Below are positions 56,973 through 64,000 of a stretch of 64,000 bases of DNA, piece after piece. The notes below the pieces were generated by a model, which saw only the letters and a list, made by a program, of their open reading frames with translations, searched no databases and was not told the DNA's origin. Position 1 is the stretch's first letter, and every line of letters starts with the position of its first letter. The stretch lies in contig MU053933.1 of NCBI GenBank assembly GCA_013239625.1, positions 2,905,817 to 2,969,816 of the forward strand. Direction: 5' to 3'. Source of the stretch: Lama guanicoe (Eukaryota). The position numbers and the translations under genes are program-made.

Positions 56973-57889
56973 AAAAACTCCCATTTCACAGCATCCACAA
57001 AAACCAACTCCAAGGAGACTGTGGAACTAAAAATGAAAGACAAAACAAAGTTTTCCACAGGGTGATGATCGAGGATATTAGGACAGTGTGTCCTGCTGCT
57101 CCTGGGACCCAGTCCCACGGTGCACTTCCCTTTGCTTCTCAAGTTGTGCTCAGGGACATAAGCATCATAAAGCACATTTCAGAACAGTTGGAAGTTGAAA
57201 TTATATTTAAATCAAAACTCTGAATTAAGAGTTAGCACTTAGAATGAGCTTCAGTTTCTGAAGGTTAAACTTGTGCTTTGCCACGTCTTGGACAGCAGCT
57301 ACCAGACCCCACGTTCCCCTGGGTGTGTCCCAGTCTGGTCTCAGGCAGGACAGCTCCTCCTGGACATCTGGTGGCCTCCTGTCTCCTCGAGGGCTGGCCC
57401 TGGGCTGGGCTCTGGGGTCTCTGCACATTTGTGTCAGAGCCTGGGTCTCCCTGTGGCTGCTGAGGGAGGCCACAGTGGAGGAGGACCCGGCGCTTAGCAG
57501 GCTGGAGGGGCTGGCGGGGCTGGCGGGCTGGAGGCCTCGGGCAAGTGGCTGAGCTGAGAGCCCAGCTCTCCTTCCAGACAGTTCTCTGGACTCGTGCCCC
57601 AGGTTCCCTGGGAGTCAGCACCGAGGGGTGTGGACAGCTGGGTGCTGTGTGGAGCAGACCAGTGATTTAAAGAGAACGCAGCCTTTCAGCGTTTCCTGCG
57701 TGAACAGAGCTGAGGTGCGTTTGCGTCTGTGTGGCCCAGCCCGGCCTCCTTTTCTGAGGAGCTGGGCATCTTCAGGGGATGGACCGAGCACTGGGGTCTC
57801 TCTCCTGGGGGGCTGGCCCCGCACCGTGCCCACCACTCACCTCCCTCGAGGAGAGCCAGTGCACCAGCCCCTGGGCCTGCACAGACGTG

Positions 57890-58260
57890 GCGGTGTGCAC
57901 CAACACGGTGTCATTCTCTCACACTCTGGAGGCCAGGGGTCTGAAATCAGTCACTGGGCCAAAATCAAGGTGTCAGCAGGGCTGACCTGCCCCCAAAGGC
58001 CCTGAGCTCTTCCAGGTCTGGGCGGCTACCTGGCTTCCCTAACTTGTGGCCGCATTGCACGGCCTGGCCCCAAGGCCTCCCCAGCCCTTCCGTCAGTGGA
58101 AAGAGTTCCCTGGGCTGCTCTCTTACAAGGACACTGGGCACGTGGGGCCCACTTGATTACCCAGGACAGTCTCTCATCGTGAGAGCTTTAATGTAACCCC
58201 GCCCACAAAGCCCTTTTCCCACACAGGGTCACACTTGCACGTCTGGGGACGTGGACAGCT
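57890..58260 (-). mobile_element. MaLR LTR (MLT1-like)
   Basis: tcattctctcacactctggaggccaggggtctgaaatcag...aaaatcaaggtgtcagcagggctg...tcttacaaggacactg. Confidence 0.75.
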
Positions 58261-58657
58261 GTGAGGGGCCAGCCTTCAGTGCTTCGGTCCAGCAGTTTTC
58301 AGTGGAGTGACCGAGACACAGCAAACCTTTCCCTCTTGGGGCAGAAAAGACACCGTAATCCCAGAAGTGTCCTTGCTACTTCCGGGTCTGTGAGTGGCCT
58401 GGTTCCATGCATTTCCATGAAGCCACCTTCCCCTCCGGCCTGCTTCTCCCAGCCCTGCTCCCTGCAGCTCCGCTGTCAGTGTGATTACATCTCCCTTTCA
58501 TTTCATCTAATTTGTTTGAAATTTTAGACTCAGCATGTGAGTCCTGGGAGGCCCCTAAAGTTCACCTCTTCTGGAGATGCCGTCTTACAGACGGGGACAC
58601 CGAGGCCTGGGCGGGCCACCTGACTTGTCCCAGCCTCGCGGGCAGCCCGGCAAGTCC

Positions 58658-58713
58658 CCGCACGTTCCCGTATGATGTTCCCGCACGTTTCCGCACGTTC
58701 TCGCATGTTCCGG
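58658..58713. repeat. Short tandem repeat of a ~10-nt unit CCGCACGTTC (about 5 copies)
   Basis: ccgcacgttc ccgtatgatgttc ccgcacgttt ccgcacgttc tcgcatgttc cgg. Confidence 0.8.
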
Positions 58714-60179
58714 ACGCTGTCGGAAACGCCTAGGATCTCCCCCCACTCGCGCCCACAGCTCCTATTCTGGAAGGAGATCAGGAGAGTAGTGAAGGGGGGC
58801 ATGTGGGCTGTGACAGAGACTAAAGCAGGACGTGGATCGACGTCTCCCGTGCAGAGGGGAACCTGGGGCTCGCAGCCATGCCTGGGCCTTGCCACCAAGG
58901 TGGTGACACGGGGACCTCGCTGCCCTGGGGCCGCTGGCCCGTCTCCAGGGAAGGGGGAGGAGCTGGGCAGGGGCTCCTAAGGCCCAGCCCCTTCCCGCTC
59001 TGTGGACTGACTCAGGCCCGTGGTTCCACACACCTCACAAAATGGCGCCCTCACCTTTGAGAGGTAAGCGCTGCCGCCGTCCAGTGGGCCACGAGCCGAC
59101 GTCGATGGCGCTGGAGGGGCCGTCTGGGCTGCATCAGGGCCTCGGTGGCCCCACCCCCACAGCCCTGAGCTTCGTTACTTAACTTCTCACGTAAGCAGGT
59201 CACTCGGAGGGGTACGGATTTTCTGCGACTCGGGAAATAAACATCTTCGCTCTGCAAAGCCGCTCTCAGGCAGAGTACATGCCGGGCAGCTTAGGAGGAG
59301 AAATACGCTTAAGCCAAAGACTAGTTTCAAGTGACAGGCAGCTGGCGCAGGATGTGCTGTGTTTCCAGAACCGACGGTTTAATCCAGAGGCCCCCCCACC
59401 CCCATCACCGTGGCATAAATTCCCAGGAAGGATCAGTCAAAATCCTCATCAAAATCACGTGCAGGTTTCTCCCCCTCGAACATTTTAATGTGAAATTTTG
59501 TCCCAAAGTAAGTGTCGTTCGTCATCATAAACAAGGCACAGAGTGGCAGGACCCCCGGGGCCACGGGCCTGCAGCTTCTGCTGACATGACCTGTTTAACG
59601 GGCTCTCAGGACTGAGGTCCTCTGGGGGACGGTCCCTCGTCCTGTGGCCGGACGCCTGCCTGCTGCTGAGATGCTGAGCTGTTAATCCCAGTGCTTATGG
59701 GGGCCTGTCCTGGCTTTGGGCTGATTAAAATTCTGCCTTTACAGCAGTTTAAAGGCACAGGCACCATCAACGGTGTTTGCCTGTCTTGCTGTTTCTTCTG
59801 TTTCAAGGAAGATACAGGGATGGGCCGCCTGCCTGCAGTGAGGTCCTCGGGCAGGTTGGGGCAGGGCTGGGCGGACGGACCCAGCAGCTCCTCTCCTGAG
59901 GCAGCGAGGTCTCCAACTTCGCACACTTGACTCTCTGATACCCCTCCCTCCTTGCCCACAGTGGGAGGGCAGCCCGCATCCCCATGCTCGGGCCCCGGCC
60001 TCCTCGCTGGCTGCAGGAGCCACCCTGGTATCGGCTGGGTCAACAGAAGTAGCATCCATGCTCATCTCCCCAGTTCCCCCGGCTCTCCTGACAAGTGGGA
60101 TGCACACAGCTGGATGCTAACCTCTGGGTCCAGCTCCTTTATGGGCACTGAGACTCAGGGCTGGTGTCTGCTAGCCAGC

Positions 60180-60625
60180 ACAGAGCCAATCCCCTAGACA
60201 CTTAGAGGTTAAAGCAGCAGCAGGCATGTCGCGTTGTCTGTTTGGGCTCCTCTGGGCAGCTGGCCCTCGTCTGCTCTTGGATGATGGTTGGGGACCACTG
60301 AAGACTTGCTCATGACTGGGTCTGGTGCCTAGGTTGGAAGGAGTTCACAGCCGGGCTCCACAGGGCCTCTCGCTGTGTCCGCGCGTCTCTCCATGTGGCC
60401 TCCTCAGCACAGTGGCTTCATGCTTGGTCCTTGGTGCCTTGGGGCTCCAGGGCAAGTGGCCCAAGAGAGACAGAGAGGGGAGAGCTGAATTGTCCCTTCC
60501 GACCTGGCCTCAGACGTCACACAGCATCACACACAGCACGTGTGAACAGGCGTCCACAGGAGTCCACTCCGGGCCCAGAGGAGTAGACATGGGTGTCACT
60601 TCATGGGCGAGCAACACGTTCTGGA
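60180..60625 (-). mobile_element. MaLR LTR (MLT1-like)
   Basis: tctctccatgtggcctcctcagcacagtggcttc...ggcaagtggcccaagagagacagagaggg...ttccgacctggcctcagacgtcacacagcatcac. Confidence 0.6.
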
Positions 60626-60939
60626 AGAACCCTCAGGCAGGAGAGCTGGGGGCGTTTCCGGGCCCGCGTGCGCTGGGTGGGGGCCGCCGCCGGGAGCCTT
60701 GGCGGGTTCCCGCCGCGCACCCTCCTGAGAGCGGCAGCCCCTGCTGCCCCGACCCAGCGCCGGCACCAGATTCACATCCGTGATTCGACCAATTCTCACC
60801 AGCCCCAAGGCGGCTGTCGTCCATGCGAAGCTCTTGGCATTTTGCTCTCTGCTGCTCCAGTTTTCCTCTTGGCATTTGGCATATTTTTAAACTATTTAAA
60901 TTAAAAAAATTCTTTACTCTGATAAGTGATCCTAAAACT

Positions 60940-61080
60940 TAAAAAAAAATTTTAAGTTTCATTTATTTATTTTTTGTCTTTGTTTTGGGGGGAGGTAATT
61001 AGGTGATTTATCTACTTATTTATTTTAATGGAGGTACTGGGGGTTGAACCCAGGACCTTGTGCCTGCTAAGCACACGCTC
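60940..61080 (-). mobile_element. 5'-truncated tRNA-Ala-derived SINE (Vic-1-like)
   Basis: ggggggaggtaattagg...atggaggtactgggggttgaacccaggaccttgtgcctgctaagcacacgctc is the reverse complement of the other copies; TSD tgatcctaaaact / tggtcctaaaact. Confidence 0.9.
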
Positions 61081-61094
61081 TGGTCCTAAAACTA

Positions 61095-61810
61095 TTTTGA
61101 TCACCCACTGATCAGTAAAAAGCATCTGAACAAATTCTCCCAAATGTGTGTAATCAAATTAAAAATATGTACATGATTAACTATACTAAAATATTAAATA
61201 CTCTATAAAACATATACTAAAATGAGAAAGGATGAAATAAAATGAAATAAGAAATATTTGAAAATATTCATTCATTATTAAAAACATTTTGCACTCAATT
61301 TAACACTATTACTAATTTAAGGAATAATTGTTGTGCTGTTCAGTGTGAGTGAAGACACCTGTCACTTCTAACACGTTGGTCCTGCTTGCCATGAAAGTCA
61401 TGAAAGGGCTTCTTCCAATACTCAATGCTTCCAAGAACTAAAGAGGACACCTCCCAAAATGTGCAAATTCAAATTTAAAAAAAGCATCGTCAGCTGCACT
61501 GATGGAATCACAACACCGTTTGCTTCAGTCCATCCACCAGCTATGAAATGCCTTTGGTGAGATTCATCTGGTAAATTTCCATCTTTCGTGATCATGGTTC
61601 TTGCAAACTAACCAAAATTACATTGGTATATTTTTAACAAAAGGATTCAAAGCTCACTGAAAGCTTTTATTTGAAAAACCTTTTTTTTAAACATTAGAAA
61701 AGATGTTTCTACATTTTAAAAACAGGTAAGTATGAGAACTGTTACAAGTGACGAGTTCAATAGGTTTTGGCCACAGAGTCACATGACATCAAAAACAGTG
61801 CAGCACATCA
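61095..61810 (-). mobile_element. hAT-Charlie DNA transposon fossil with a transposase C-terminal remnant
   Basis: AT-rich island. The minus strand gives Q*ALNPFVK (~61659-61633) and KDGNLPDESHQR / HSWWM..LK (~61586-61523) across frameshifts, resembling the hAT (Charlie/Buster) dimerisation-domain region. Confidence 0.6.
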
Positions 61811-63209
61811 CCATTTCTTCAGGGACTGTTGGAATCCTTTTTACCAGAAGGCACAGAGTACGGGAGCTCTTCTGATTTTGTTGAAAATGCTCGGCAGACC
61901 CAGCTCCCAGCCTGCTTAGCCGAGGGGCCGTTCAGCCAGTGGGAGCGGCGTGGGTCGCAGCCCCTTCCTCGGGCTCGCGTTGTTAGTGCTGCCGTCCGGC
62001 TGGGTGTGCACACGTGTGTGCAGGTGTGCTTGTGCGCACCTGCTAAAGCACTTGCGCTGTGTGAGGGATGGCTGTTAGAGGGAGACGGCGTCGCCTGCAC
62101 CCGTAAAGCTACACCCCCGGGCCCAGCTCGCCGGGAATGTGGCCCCACTCTGCTTCTCCCTGCAGAACCGGACTTCTGGGGGCCAAAGGGATGCTTCCAC
62201 CCAGATCCTGTGCCCCTGCCTCGTGGGACCACCCTGGAGCCCCGCACCCTGGAGTCCTCTGCCGACTTCCTAGAGGACTTCCCTGGGACAGACCCAGGCG
62301 CCAGTGCGTCCTGGGCGGCGGGGCAAGGGGTGGGGCTTCCTAAGCAAGGTGGGCAGAACTTGGCTGAGCAGGCTGGGCCATCTGCGCCCAGTGTGGGACG
62401 GTGCCGGGGACGGGAAAGGGACAAGAGGCTCAAGGTGGCAGGGGTGGGCCTGCTGCAACCATTCCCACCACAGCTGGAGAAGCTCAGGGACCAGAGCACG
62501 AGCTCCTGGCTCCTTCGTGCTCCCCACCGCCACAGACAGAGCCTGGAGGTAACGCCGGCTGGTGGGGAGCAGCTGGCATCCTGCCCCACCCCCCGGGCTG
62601 TGGCCTGGGCAGCACAGACGAGGCGGGCAGGGGGCGGCCTGCGGTGGGGGTAGCGGTCAGCACGCGGCCTGGGGACGGCCTCTCATCCTTGTGGGGCCGG
62701 GTCAGGAGACATTCCCAGGGTTCCTCCTTCACCCGGGGGGTGACTTGGGGTGTCTCCCCTGCCCACACCTCACTGGGAAGCCCACAGCCCTGATGTCCTA
62801 CCTCCATCTTCCAGTCAAATCCCCCAAATTAGTCGCTATGTGGTTTATTTTACAGCCAAGTTTCGGGGCTTCGTTTACTGCTGCTTCTTGGTCTCACGTC
62901 CTTCTTTTGGACTCAGTGTCCTCGTCGCGGGGCTGCAGCCCTTAGCAGTGGCTCTGGGACAGTCTGTGACTCTCCCTCGGTCTCTGTGGGCCTGAGAGGC
63001 CCTGGCCTCCTGCTGAGCGAGCGCACTGCCCGGCCCCTCGGCTCCCCTTGTCCCCCACTGCTGCGCCCGATGGCTTGCCCAGCCATCTCAGGTTGCCCCT
63101 CCCTCTCTAGTCACCTCTGAGGCTTCTCTTCCTTGGGGAATTCTGAGCTCTGATTTTGCTTGAGTCCTAGAGTGCCACTCCCGTCTTTTTTCAATCTTTA
63201 GTTATTTCT

Positions 63210-63552
63210 CTTATAGTCTGAATTGTGTCCCCAAATTCATACGCTGAAGACCCAACTCCCAGGACCTCAGAATGGGACTGTTTGGAGACAAGGCCTTTAA
63301 GGAGGTAATTCAGGAACAATGAGGCCATTAGGATGGGCCATAGTCCAAAGAGACAGAAGAAGAAATCAGGACACAGATGTGCACGGGGGCCGACCACGTG
63401 GGGGCACGGGGAAGACGGCTGTCTGCACACCCAGGAGAGGGGCCTCAGGAGGGGACAACCCTCCTGACACATGTGCCTCGGACTTCCAGCTCCAGGACTG
63501 TGACAGCGTGAACGCCTGTGGTACCGTGTTACCATGGCTGAGCTGACCGAGA
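63210..63552 (+). mobile_element. MaLR LTR (MLT1-like)
   Basis: ctgaattgtgtccccaaattcatacgctgaagacccaactcccaggacctcagaatgggactgtttggagacaaggcctttaaggaggtaatt...ggacttccagctccaggactgtgacag. Confidence 0.85.
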
Positions 63553-64000
63553 CGTCTTCCATTCTGGAAAATTGTTGGTCATTTTCTCTTTGAACGTTGC
63601 CTCTTTCTCATTCCTTCCTTACTGTCCACAGTGGGTTGTAACATCCTGTTCCTGGTGGTGGCAGCAAACTGGACCTTCTCAGCATCCGGGCCCAGCACCC
63701 CACCCGCACAACAAGTCCATCCTCTGCTTGCTTGCCCACTGGCCCGAGAAGCCCAGAGTGGCCGGAGTGGCAGTCATGCTTCTCGTCCAGTGGAGACACT
63801 GGCGGGAACATGCCCTGGCCCCGACCTGGGAATCAGGACTCCTCAACCAGCAGTGACAGGAGGCACTAAGCGTGTGACTGGTCCACCGGGGGTCATGGGG
63901 AAAGGGGCCCATGCCCCAGACGCATGGTTCCTGGGGCCTGTATTCAAGGTACAGGGTCCCAGCATGGTTTACTGACCATTGTGCCTGCACGAGTCCTGCA

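Noticed and set aside
61819..62653. 274-aa (+) and 256-aa (-) ORFs
   Set aside because: GC-rich sequence with no recognisable motifs or exon signals.

Overview
Mammalian genomic DNA, very GC-rich and repeat-rich. It is probably from a camelid: four tRNA-Ala-derived SINEs match my recollection of the camelid Vic-1 family, and I saw no Alu, Bov-A or PRE1 elements. The only recognisable protein-coding gene is the 5' half of SLC19A1 (reduced folate carrier) on the minus strand. Its first coding exon (CDS 4990-4802) joins through a GC-AG intron to the large second coding exon (750 to the window edge). Two CpG-island promoters with candidate first exons lie at about 10.2 kb and 13.8 kb. The remaining ~50 kb is upstream intergenic DNA. 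It holds a structurally complete but non-coding 6.6-kb ERV1-class provirus (19091-25700: paired 491-nt LTRs, GCAG target-site duplication, tRNA-Arg primer-binding site, integrase remnant). It also holds solo LTRs, MaLR (MLT1-like) elements, hAT-Charlie fossils, old GC-shifted L1 fragments, and mini- and microsatellites. Nearly all ORFs in the supplied track are GC-content artefacts. I found no convincing new multi-gene system. The best leads are SLC19A1 5'-end architecture (in-frame upstream ATGs, tandem acceptors, GC donor), substitutions near its substrate pocket, and the co-oriented provirus just upstream. Repeat family names come from memory of consensus sequences and need RepeatMasker/Dfam confirmation.
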